From: an uncultured Acidimicrobiaceae bacterium
GTDB lineage: Bacteria; Actinomycetota; Acidimicrobiia; Acidimicrobiales; Bog-793
Assembly (NCBI GenBank): GCA_963836935.1
Contig: CAWILM010000011.1
Coordinates: 6,815 to 70,814 of the forward strand
Length of the DNA: 64,000 nt
Reading direction: 5' to 3'
Shown: positions 18,843-28,261 of the stretch, piece by piece
Position numbering within the stretch: position 1 is the stretch's first letter
Layout: each line of letters begins with the position of its first letter
Notes under the pieces: generated by a model
Told to the model about the DNA's origin: nothing
The model's input: only the letters and a program-made list of their open reading frames with translations
The model's database searches: none
Made by a program: the position numbers and the translations under genes

Positions 18843-20859
18843 CTACACGGGGGGCGTGCGCCCGTCGGTGAAGGTCACCACGTTGACGCCAGCACCGGCG
18901 GTAACGGTGATCCCGTTCTTCCCACTACCTGGTAGGCCCAGTAGCGGTGGTTCCGACGAGCCGTTGCCCTGGTAGACGATCCCAGTCACGGTCACCGTCC
19001 CGCTGACTCCAGCGGCGGAGATTTGGTAAATCGTGTCCGTGTACGGGTCACCCGACGGGTCGACAACAGGCCCACCGTAGAACTCGCCGGTGCAGTAAAG
19101 ACCGGTCGGATCGGTGGTCGAGATTGTCAGGCTCTGAGACGACGGACTCGCGCCACCGAAGGTGGCCGTCAGGCCGCCGAGATTCGCGTCAGGCGAGGTC
19201 TCCTGGAGGCAGATCTTCCACACCGTCGGGTCCACCTCGTCGTAGAAGGTCACCGACGTCTCGTTTCCTACGCTGCCGTAGGGCACTGTGACGACCGCAG
19301 GGTTGGCTGACGGGAGGGACTGAAGTTCCGAGTTCGGTAGGCCGACAACGCTCCACGCCTCGACGTGCTCGAGGTAGAAGTTCGCCAGGCTGGCTTCGGA
19401 AATCGTCGCGGTTCCTGCCGGGACTTCTATCGGGCCCGAGCACGTTCCACCCTGCAACGTGAAGGGCGCACCACCGTTGACCGTGAAGGTCGCCCAGTTG
19501 TACTTGTTGTACGGGTTCGCGACGTCAGCGGTCACGTCCAGGCCAGGGAGGCCGCCCTCGAATCTCTTGCAGACCTCAACGTAGCCCATCGGGTCGTTCG
19601 TGAAGACCGCGTCCGCGAATCCTTCGGTTACCGGTGGCACCGTAAGTAGGGCGTCCGTGGAAGTGGTCGTAGTCCCGTTGTTGAAGATGGGTGGGACGAT
19701 GGCGACGTTCGACACTGAAACGAATGAAGCCGGGGTACTTCCTGTCTCGGTGACCGTGACCGCCGAGCCAGCTGGTATTCCTTCAGAGATCGCGCAGGTC
19801 TCCCCGGGAGCCGCCAGAGCCGCGACGTAGACCGTTGTGCTGTCCGAGATCGGAGTTGCCCCGTTCGCGGGCGAGAAGACGTACGCAACGTTGTAATCGA
19901 AGGTCGTACCGGCAAGGGTGCCCAGGTTGTTCACGAGGACCTTGCAGACCTTGATCGAGTTCAGGTTGGTGAAGTTCTCGAAGTTGGCAGTTGTCTGGAG
20001 GCCGGCGGTCACAGTGAAGTTCGCCGTCTGAGCGGGCAGGTTAACACTGAGCGGAACCAGGGCGGCTATGGGAGCAGCCTCCACCGCATAGAGCGAGTAG
20101 CCAGGACCCTCTAGTCCCTCAGTCACAGTCACCGTGCCTGCTGGCACCTCAATGGGGGCGGTGCAGACTTGAGGCGCGTCGGTGTAGCCCTTAGTGGGTA
20201 CCAGGGTGAGTGTGTAGGTTCCGAGGGTCGTAGTGCCCTCCGCGATTGTGAAAGTGAAGGGACCCTCGACCCAGGAGTCAAGCGCCGTCTTGCAGACCTC
20301 GATGTAGCCAGTCGTCCCAGTGCTGACCGGGTTGCTCACAGGCGGGCCGCCCGAACCTGGGTTGCCCGGAGGTGGGCTGCTCGGAGGTGGGCTGCTCGGG
20401 CCTGGGCTACTCGGAGGCGGGCTGGCAGGCGTGGGGTTCGGGACCACGACCACCAACTTTTGGTTGGCGAACTTGACCGTCGCGGACCTGCCTGCCAAGA
20501 GCCGCACGCTGACAGTGTCGGTCCTGAGAGACGAGCTCACCTCGGCTGCTGCTGGGCTCACCGAGATGGAGGAAAGGCTCCGGTACATCGCCGGCGCCGA
20601 AACCTCGGTCACGTGGTTGAGGCCGATCTTGGCCGTGAATTTTCCGCACGAGCCCCTGAACGACACTGCGGTTCCGTTCAGACGCGAAGCGGAATGCCCC
20701 GGGAGCGACCTCGCAGATGTTGATTGTCGGACTGACGACTTTCTTTACCGTGGCGCCTGCGCTGGATGCTGTGCCAGCTACCAAGGCACTGCTGCCGATG
20801 GCGAAAACAGGTGCCAAAAATAGCAATAGGGCGGAATGTCTCCGCGTTCTCTTATACAC
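18843..20859 (-). CDS. Secreted repeat protein: signal peptide, Pro/Ser-rich spacer, 4-5 Cys-bracketed beta-sandwich-like modules (SpaA/Cna-B/prealbumin-like by pattern); apparent frameshift near 20680-20700
   Basis: ORF 20407-20859 starts MYKRTRRHSALLLFLAPVFAIGSSALVAGTASSAGA (a signal peptide) and then ..INICEVAPGAFRFAS. The reading continues in ORF 18843-20666 as NGTAVSFRGSCGKF... The module pattern recurs: Y[IV]EVCK...FTF/FTV...C(x)(A/G)PIEVPAGT(A/V)T(I/V)(S/T)E. The spacer reads PNPTPASPPPSSPGPSSPPPSSPPPGNPGSGGPP. I see no LPXTG sorting signal. Confidence 0.5.
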
Positions 20860-21599
20860 AATGTTCTCCTCGCATCAATTGTTCTCCCTGCCTTCGCCCA
20901 CCTTTTGCGGATCCCGGTTCGGGAGCATCCCCCCCCGCACCGGGAATCCGGTACGGGATGTAGCCGGCAGCGAATTGCTGAAACTGCTGCACCTGCAGTA
21001 TTTATGCCATTCGACGTGCTGTCTTGGTGCAAGCTGCACAAAGACGCGGTTGTAGTTTCTTCCAGTTCGTGGCAAGGTCCCGACAGAAGATCCTGCCGTC
21101 GGGCAAGGCGTCCTTCTGACCAGCCAAATGGCTAGGTGATGCTCCTGACTGCGGGAATGATGGCCTAGCCGTATCTCACGCCAAACATTTTCGGACCCGA
21201 ACCCGACACCGTCACTATAGGAGACCGTCACACCACAGACAGAGGTCGAATAGCAACGAGACGGACTAGTGGTAGCGGGTCAAATACGGAGAGTGAACTA
21301 GAGCACGTAAGCGTGCTCGCTTCGCAACGGACTGGAAACGGAGCTCGTTTCGGGGCTGCTTCCTGCGCCAGCCTCCGCGACGGGCGCCTCAGGGTAGCCT
21401 GGCTCTCTGCACCACCGCGTCGAGGGGGTTGTAACGGTGCGGACGGACCTGTGCCCGGCTCGCCGTTAGGCGCCATCGGACACTGGCCGATCAAGGAAGC
21501 GTCGACGGCTCGGACGATCCCGGTGGCGCCTGGACATCTGGCGCAAGAGAGGTGAGGACGTCGGCGGTAGGGACAGTGGACTGGTAGGAGGCGTGGGGG

Positions 21600-22577
21600 T
21601 CAGGAAGCGTTGGGCCGGAATCCGTTCCATCCGGCGGCCGAGTCGCTGGAGCGTCCCGCGGCGCTAGGTGTCCGGCTGAGTGCCGCCCGGGACGCCTCGG
21701 CGTCGAGACGGGCATCTTCGCGTGCAGTCTTACGATCCTCTGAGGCCATCCACTGGAAGTAGATCGGGATCACGGCAGCAACTGTGAGCAGCTCCGACAG
21801 CACCCAGAGAACACCGGCTCCCGCGTGAGTGCTCGACAGGCTGTACATGGGTGCGATCGTTTGGCGCGAGCTGAGGAGAGCTATGGCGAGGAACGACTCG
21901 AGTGGGACGCCAATTAGGAGGTTGACCATCCGGAGGGGATAGCTGGCCCCCCACCTGGGGATCGGGTCCAACCCGATCATAGGCCACCAGAACAGCGTCG
22001 CGCCGAACAGGAAGCCGAGGTTGATCAGATCCATCAGCCACATGCGGTTCATCGCGAAGCCGATGAGCGGCGTGAGGAAGAAGGCGAGCATGACGCCGTA
22101 GTAGAGCACCCAGACAACGAGCGGATGCGAAAGGACCGCGAAGCCCTTGCTGTGGAATATGCGGAGCCAGATGGTCTTGGTTCGGCGGTTCGAGGTTTGC
22201 AGGATCAGCGTCATGGGAGCGCCCATCGACAGCAGCGCCGGAGCGATGATCATGAGGAGAAGGTGCTGGACGACGTGCGCCTCGAAGTAGGAGCCAGTGA
22301 GTGTCGCGACAGGCGACTGGAGCGCAAGGTCGACGGTCACGAGGCCGACGAAGAAGGATGCGGTCCGCTGTGCCCTCCACTTGCGCCCGCGAGTTGCGAG
22401 CGCCCAGTCGGCCCAGAGGTACCAGATCCCTGCGGCGATGCACGCCGCGAGGATGAGCAGCGGGAAGGGCCCGAACTGCCAGTCGAGCAGGGCGTTGTGC
22501 AGATCGAAATAGACCCTTTCCATGGGTACCCCGGGCACGCCTCCAAGGGTAATGCCGCTTTCCGCCGAGTCCGGCAC
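21600..22577 (-). CDS. ctaG: Cytochrome c oxidase assembly factor CtaG (caa3_CtaG family membrane protein)
   Basis: It is a multi-pass membrane protein with ..SYFEAHVVQHLLLMIIAPALLSMGAPMTL.. and ..FWWPMIGLDP... The probable real start is the ATG at 22523 (MERVYFDL). Confidence 0.7.
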   Translation of the reverse strand: MPDSAESGITLGGVPGVPMERVYFDLHNALLDWQFGPFPLLILAACIAAGIWYLWADWALATRGRKWRAQRTASFFVGLVTVDLALQSPVATLTGSYFEAHVVQHLLLMIIAPALLSMGAPMTLILQTSNRRTKTIWLRIFHSKGFAVLSHPLVVWVLYYGVMLAFFLTPLIGFAMNRMWLMDLINLGFLFGATLFWWPMIGLDPIPRWGASYPLRMVNLLIGVPLESFLAIALLSSRQTIAPMYSLSSTHAGAGVLWVLSELLTVAAVIPIYFQWMASEDRKTAREDARLDAEASRAALSRTPSAAGRSSDSAAGWNGFRPNAS

Positions 22578-22703
22578 TGTGGCTGTCGAGGGAGAGGATC
22601 CCTCACGCGTCCGCGACTCGCGCCTGTCTCATCATGTGTTTGGAGGAGCCAGGCGCTCTGCCAACCAACCGAGCCGCGTGTGACGCGTAGGCTGATACGG
22701 CAC

Positions 22704-22776
22704 GGGGCTGTAGCTCAGCTGGCAGAGCACCTGGTTTGCAACCAGGGGGTCAGGGGTTCAAATCCCCTCAGCTCCA
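22704..22776 (+). tRNA. tRNA-Ala (anticodon UGC), CCA not encoded
   Basis: I folded the cloverleaf by hand. The acceptor stem is GGGGCTG/CAGCTCC with the G3:U70 Ala identity pair. The D stem is GCTC/GAGC and the anticodon stem is CCTGG/CCAGG with loop TTTGCAA. The T stem is AGGGG/CCCCT with loop TTCAAAT, and the discriminator is A. Confidence 0.88.
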
Positions 22777-23083
22777 CTGCCCTGAGGAGGGAGGGGATAG
22801 GAGAGAGGGAGGTCCAGAACCCGGCCAACCCTGGGTGGCGGGCTCAGGTCAAATCGAGGCCGCAGGGGCGACGAGAACGCAGTTGGGACGGGGAGAGGCC
22901 GCACGAAAGGCCCAAAGGCGACCCACGTTCGCCCACGTGGCCGCGCGTAGGGGGCGGGAGCTAGAACAACTACCGGGCGGCCCACGGCGGAGGGAGGACG
23001 TCGATCTGGCGAAGAGCACACCCGAGGTGCAGGATGACTGCTCGGAGGTCCTTGAGGCGTGAGCCCATGAGCGGAGGCGTTAC

Positions 23084-24265
23084 ATGCGTAGATCCTGTAT
23101 AGCCAGCCTCATCGCAGCGGGAGCGATCTCGCTGGCACTTTCGGGGAGCACCGCCCCAGCGGTCGCAGCAAATCCACGAGCCGCGCCGCCGATCGGAACC
23201 CAACTGTCGGAACTGAACGGCTCCGACACCGTTGCCGGTGATTACTTCGGCTACTCGCTTGCCATCTCGGGCATGACCGCCGTCGTGGGTGCACCAGGCT
23301 CTGCCGGGCATGCCGGTCGGGCGTACGTGTTCACGAAGACGGGGTCCGGCTGGAAGCAAGCCGCTGAACTGAAGGGCTCCGACACCGCTGCCGGTGATTA
23401 CTTCGGCTACTCGGTTGCCATCTCGGGCATGATCGCCATCGTGGGTGCACCGGGCCTCGCCAGAGCGTACGTGTTCACGAAGATGGGAGCCGGTTGGAAG
23501 CAGGCTGCCGAACTGAAGGGCTCCGACACAGTCGCCGGAGATGGCTTCGGCGACTCGGTGGCCATCTCGGGCACGAGCGCCGTCGCGGGTGCCGACGGCC
23601 ACGCCAAAGCTGCCGGTCGGGCGTACGTGTTCACGAAGACGGGGGCCGGTTGGAAGCAGGCTGCCGAACTGAAGGGCTCCGACACAGTCGCCGGCGACCT
23701 CTTCGGCGGCTCGGTGGCCACCTCGGGGACGAGCGCCGTCGTGGGTGCATCGGGCTACGCCAGGGATGCCGGTCGGGCGTACGTGTTCACGAGGACGGGG
23801 GCCGGCTGGAAGCAGGCTGCCGAACTGAAGGGCTCCGACACCGTCCCCGGTGATTACTTCGGCGACTCGGTGGCCACCTCGGGCACGAGCGCAGTTGTGG
23901 GTGCATCGGGCTATGCCAGGGATGCCGGTCGGGCGTACGTGTTCGCGAAGACGGGGGCCGGCTGGAAGCAGGCTGCCGAACTGAAGGGATCCGACACCGT
24001 CGCCGGTGACTACTTCGGCGGCTCGGTGGCCATCTCGGAAACGACCATCGTTGCGGGTGCACCAGTGTTCGCCAAGAAGGCCGGGCAGGCGTACCTATTT
24101 ACCAACACGACTAGCGGCTGGAAGCAGGTCGCCGAACTGAGGGGCTCCGGCACCGTCGTCGGTGATGGCTTCGGCGGCTCCGTGGCCATCTCGGGCACGA
24201 CCGCCGTCGCGAGTGCCGACGGCCACGCCAAGAAGGCGGGGCAGGCGTACGTGTTCGAGGCCTGA
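23084..24265 (+). CDS. Secreted FG-GAP repeat protein (7-bladed integrin-alpha-like beta-propeller)
   Basis: The signal peptide reads MRRSCIASLIAAGAISLALSGSTAPAVAA. Seven units of (A)ELKGSDTVAGDYFGxSVAISGT(S/T)AVVGA....AGRAYVF(T/A)KTGAGWKQ follow, which is the FG-GAP consensus. Confidence 0.78.
   Translation: MRRSCIASLIAAGAISLALSGSTAPAVAANPRAAPPIGTQLSELNGSDTVAGDYFGYSLAISGMTAVVGAPGSAGHAGRAYVFTKTGSGWKQAAELKGSDTAAGDYFGYSVAISGMIAIVGAPGLARAYVFTKMGAGWKQAAELKGSDTVAGDGFGDSVAISGTSAVAGADGHAKAAGRAYVFTKTGAGWKQAAELKGSDTVAGDLFGGSVATSGTSAVVGASGYARDAGRAYVFTRTGAGWKQAAELKGSDTVPGDYFGDSVATSGTSAVVGASGYARDAGRAYVFAKTGAGWKQAAELKGSDTVAGDYFGGSVAISETTIVAGAPVFAKKAGQAYLFTNTTSGWKQVAELRGSGTVVGDGFGGSVAISGTTAVASADGHAKKAGQAYVFEA
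23200..24262 (+). repeat. 7 tandem coding repeats, period 156 bp (one unit 144 bp), long stretches identical between units
   Basis: The marker GCGTAC(G/C)T recurs at 23321, 23465, 23621, 23777, 23933, 24089 and 24245. Blocks such as GGGCGTACGTGTTCACGAAGACGGGGGCCGGTTGGAAGCAGGCTGCCGAACTGAAGGGCTCCGACAC are repeated almost verbatim. Confidence 0.85.
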
Positions 24266-24507
24266 AGCACCGAGCGGGCCTAGCCAGGAGCGAGGCTCGC
24301 GATCCTGGGTCAGCTCGTGCGAGGCCTGCGGAAGCTGGGCGCGAAAGTCTAGGTAGCAGATCGTCTCTGAGCCCCTGGCGTTCTGCGCGAGGGTCTGGCT
24401 TGACTTCGGCGGCTCAACTCCTCGATCGCGACCTCGCACCGCTGTGACCTGGGCGAGCTGTGGATAAAGTCGGGTTTGCAAGGTGTCATGTAGCGACAAA
24501 TAAGTGA

Positions 24508-26249
24508 TTGATTTATTGGACATACGGCATTAATCTATGTTCTGTGTACGTGAAGGTTGACCGGGTCCGTAGCGGGAAGAAGACTTACACCTATCTGATC
24601 TTGGCCGAGTCCTATCGAAACGAGTTGGGCCAGCCTCGGCACCGGGTCGTCGCCCGGCTCGGCGAGATCTCAGAGCTTAAGAGCTCGGGCGAGCTCGAAC
24701 GCCTCGTCGCGGCACTGTCTTCCCAGCTGGGACGCGGAACCAGCATCGAGCTCAGCGCCGAGTCCGCTCCCTCCTATGGGGCCATGGCCGCCTGTGACGC
24801 CTACTTCTCCCGGTTGTTGTTGGACGAGCTCTTCGGGGCCATCGGCCGGCGCCGGCGCTCGGCCGGGCTCTCCGACGCGGTGTTCGCCATGGTCGCCAAC
24901 CGGCTACAGGACCCATCCTCAAAAAGGCGCTGTGTCACCGACTGGCTCGGGGCCGACGGCGCCCTGCCGGAGGTTCGCGACGCTCCCTCGCTCGATCGGC
25001 TTTATCGGGCCTTGGACGCGGTCGCGGATGTCAAGGACGAGATCGAGGCCCACTGCTTCACAGAGCTGTGCAACCTTGCGAACCTCGACCTGCGCCTTGT
25101 CTGTTATGACCTCACCTCTACCTACTTCGAGGGCGAGGAGAAGACCTCGGCCCGCTTCCCCGCCAAGGCCTTCGGCTACAGCCGCGATCACCGAGGAGAC
25201 CGGCCGCAGATCGTGATCGGACTCCTCGTCACCTCCGACGGCATCCCGATCGCCCACCACGTCTTTTCCGGCAACACCGCTGATCGCTCGACATTGCCTC
25301 AGGTGATGGCCGATCTCCAGGCGCGCTTTGGGGTGGGGCGTATCGCCCTTGTTGCAGACAGGGGCCTGATCTCAGAAGAGAATCTTGCCCTGGTCCAAGC
25401 AAACGGCTTTGACCACGTGCTGGCGACGCGCCTGCACCGGGACCCGGTCGTTGCCGCCGTCTTAGAAGCTGCCGCCAGTAAACAGGCCGTCTTCGTGCCC
25501 GTCGGAGACGACGGGACCAAGGCGACCGAGGTCGTCTATGAGTCCCGCCGCTATGTCGTGGTCGACTCCCCCCGCCGCCACGTGCGAGACGACGCCCGGC
25601 GCCAAGAGCCCTGGCCGCGACCGAGGACGGCCTCATCGCCTTGGCCGAACGGGTGCGCAAAGGCCGCCTCGTCGACCCGGCCAAGATCGGGGCCGCCGCC
25701 GACAGGATCCTTCGCGACTCCGGTGTCGCCCGGTGCTTTTCGACCAAGATCACCCACGGGGTGTTCACCTGGGACTACGACGAGAAGGCCATGGCCTACG
25801 AGGAGAAACTCCTCGCCGGCCGTTATGTGATCACGACCTCGCTCGACGAGAAGACCGCCTCGACCGCCCAGGTGGTCGCTCACTACAAGGCCCTCCAGTC
25901 AGTCGAACGGCGCTTTCGGGTGCTGAAGGACTTCTTAGCTCTCCGACCGGTCTTCCACTACACCGAAAAGCGCGTGCGCGGTCACGTCGCCATCTGCGTG
26001 CTCGCGGCGGTGATCGAAGCTGTCATGGCGCTTGATCTCGCCAGAGCAAAGATCACCGACCCGGACCTCGAGGGCCAACAGCTCAGCGCTCGTCGGGCCC
26101 TTCGCGAGCTCGAGCGCATCCGCATGGTCCGTTTTGTCGACGCGAACGGTGACGAACGACAGGTCATCACCCGGCCGGGTCCGTTCCAGGCCAAGATCCT
26201 CGCCGCCTTCAGCGTCGACACCTCCACCTGGCGCTCACGCGTCGCCTGA
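24508..26249 (+). CDS. IS1634-family (IS4 superfamily) transposase, apparent 1-nt frameshift near 25600-25612
   Basis: The N-terminus reads VYVKVDRVRSGKKTYTYLILAESYRNELGQPRHRVVARLGEI, typical of IS1634. The DDE region reads ..LVCYDLTSTYFEG..GYSRDHRGDRPQIVIGLLVT..LVADRGLISEEN... ORF 25641-26249 supplies the C-terminus (..YKALQSVERRFRVLKDFLALRPVFH..). The junction reads DDARRQE / ALAATEDGLIALAERVRKG. I could not define the element termini. Confidence 0.72.
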
Positions 26250-26440
26250 GCAAGCCCGATCACGGCTTGTAGGGCAAAAACCGCCTCCGCGACGACGGAC
26301 TTCGTGACCAGGTCTTTCATGTTTGAGCCGCCGAAGATGGCATGTGGGACCCTCCCCGGCACGGTCGTAGTGGTACTACGGCATTTGCACCGACGATCAA
26401 ACGCCGGGGCGGTCTTCATCAGGAGCTCGAGGAGGATCCC

Positions 26441-27463
26441 ATGGGAATCGTAGGAGGAATCGACATCCACCGCCGGCAGCTCACCTTCGACATAGTCGAC
26501 CTTGCGACTGGCGAGAACGTCCGTGGGCGCGTCTCGCCCGCTGACCGGGTCGAGCTGCGGCGCTTTCTCGCCAGCCTCGACGGCGCCGGCGGTGATGTGG
26601 CGATGGAAGGCTGCACCGGCTGGCGTTATGTCACAGAGGAGCTCGAGCGCGCAGGCTTTCGCGCTCACGTCGCCGAGCCGGCCGACACGGCTGCTCTCCG
26701 GGGCAACAAGCGACGGGCGAAGACCGATCGTGGCGACGCCCGGCATCTTCGCAAGCTGCTCATGACCGGGGAGCTCCCCGAGAGCTGGATCCCGCCTCGA
26801 CACGTGCTCGAAGCTCGTGGTGTCGTCCGGCTCTACAAGGATCTCGCCGATCAACGAGTGGCGTGGACCCAGCGCCTCCACGCCACGCTCTATCACCACG
26901 GCGTTCCCGAGCTCGGATGTCCGGTGGCGGGCGAACAGGCCAGGACCTTGCTTCACGACGCCGAACTCTCTCTGGCGGCCCGGCGTGCCGTTGAGGTCGC
27001 GTTGGCACAGATCGAGGTCGTGAACGAGATGCTCGCTCCGATCAAGCTCGATCTCGCCCGTCTCTCACGGCACCAGCCGGGCTGCCAGGCGCTCACCGCC
27101 CATTACGGCATCGGACCGGTCACTTCTGTCGCCATCTGGTGCGAGATGGGCGACACCCGGCGTTTCTCTTCGTCTTCTGACGCCGTGCGTCATGCCGGCC
27201 TTGACGTCACCGTCTACCAGTCCGACAGCAACCGGGCCAAGGGACATCTCGCCCGACAAGGGCCAGGACTCCTGCGCTGGGCGCTATATGAGGCTGCCAT
27301 GTCCTCGACGAAGAAGGCCTCCCCGGACCATGAGTACTTCTGCTCGCTTCGCGAGCGTCTCGGGACACAACGAGCCGCCCTCGCTGTCGCCAGGAAGCTG
27401 GCGCGTTGGTGCCACCACGCCCTTCGTGCGGCCGGCGACGACGCCTGGGCCGAGGCCGCCTGA
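26441..27463 (+). CDS. IS110-family transposase (DEDD recombinase), copy A
   Basis: It begins MGIVGGIDIHRRQLTFDIVD (DEDD N-terminus) and contains VAMEGCTGWRYV, AKTDRGDARHLRKLL and the C-terminal YGIGPVTSVAIWCEMGDTRRFSSSSDAVRHAGLDVTVYQSDS. The start is taken at the internal ATG 26441. Confidence 0.82.
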   Translation: MGIVGGIDIHRRQLTFDIVDLATGENVRGRVSPADRVELRRFLASLDGAGGDVAMEGCTGWRYVTEELERAGFRAHVAEPADTAALRGNKRRAKTDRGDARHLRKLLMTGELPESWIPPRHVLEARGVVRLYKDLADQRVAWTQRLHATLYHHGVPELGCPVAGEQARTLLHDAELSLAARRAVEVALAQIEVVNEMLAPIKLDLARLSRHQPGCQALTAHYGIGPVTSVAIWCEMGDTRRFSSSSDAVRHAGLDVTVYQSDSNRAKGHLARQGPGLLRWALYEAAMSSTKKASPDHEYFCSLRERLGTQRAALAVARKLARWCHHALRAAGDDAWAEAA

Positions 27464-28261
27464 ACGGCGCTTGTCCCGTGCGCGTCCCGCCCGCAATCAC
27501 AATGATGATCTGCGGTCTGCTCCAGCAACCCGAATGCTCGCCAGGTTCTCACACCCTGGACAGCCGCCAAAGAATGAGCGACCGCAACTTCTCCGTGTGG
27601 GGATCACCCCATCCACCATCATGTCGCCGGAGAGCGCTCCGTGCACCGAGGTAAGTCTGGGCGTTCGCACACGGGTACGAGCATGGAAACCGAGGAGACC
27701 GAATGAAACGCTGAAGACCTCCACCGTTCCGGCAACCGTCTCATCGTCGCGCCGACCCACGTCGGCCTCCAGGTCGTTCGTCCTCCCCACGCTGCGGGCG
27801 CTCCACCTGGACCCCGACGTCCAGTCGTCGCGTCTTGGCAGCCAAACCGGATCGGAGTGTTGACTATCACGAGTCCCACAGGTAAGTCGGGTCTGGGTAG
27901 CGGGCGATGGTGGAATCAGCGCGGCGGAAGCCGACTCTAGGCACTAGTACCTCTACCGTTGTCCGGATGCGGTCTATACCCGCAATCTCAGCGCGAGTGT
28001 TGGCCGATCGGCAGAAGCCGTACCGGAACAGCAGAGGCAAATGAAGCTAGCGATGTCCGGAGAATTGTGCGCGCACCAGGATCGCCTCGACGGGACGGTC
28101 TGTCGACCTCCGTTCGATGAACTCCTGGGGCGCCCGCGACGCAGTTCAGCTGTACCCGGACGAGGCCAGGACCGGCCGGGGCGGAGCCCACGGGACGACA
28201 CGTCGAGGAGGGCCAGGAAAGGGCGTACGCTCGATGAAGCAAGAGACCTGGGGAGGTCCGA

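Noticed and set aside
23200-24262. Whether the regularly spaced DNA repeats here and at 32988-33983 form a CRISPR array.
   Set aside because: The repeats are contiguous with no unique spacers. They are in frame and translate to FG-GAP blades and Ig-like modules. No cas genes are present in the window.
24440-26340. An attempt to define IS1634 terminal inverted repeats (GGGTTTGCAAGGTGTCATG near 24470 against GGTTTTTGCCCTACAAGCCGTG, the reverse complement near 26265-26290).
   Set aside because: The match is only patchy (a shared TTTGC...CAAG), which is not convincing enough to set the element boundaries.
25982-26956. 324-aa minus-strand ORF spanning the IS1634/IS110 junction.
   Set aside because: It is antisense to two unrelated transposase genes and crosses an element boundary. 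It has no recognisable motifs. Only its first ~18 codons (MKDLVTKSVVAEAVFALQ, 26266-26319) lie in non-coding DNA, and that is too short to call.
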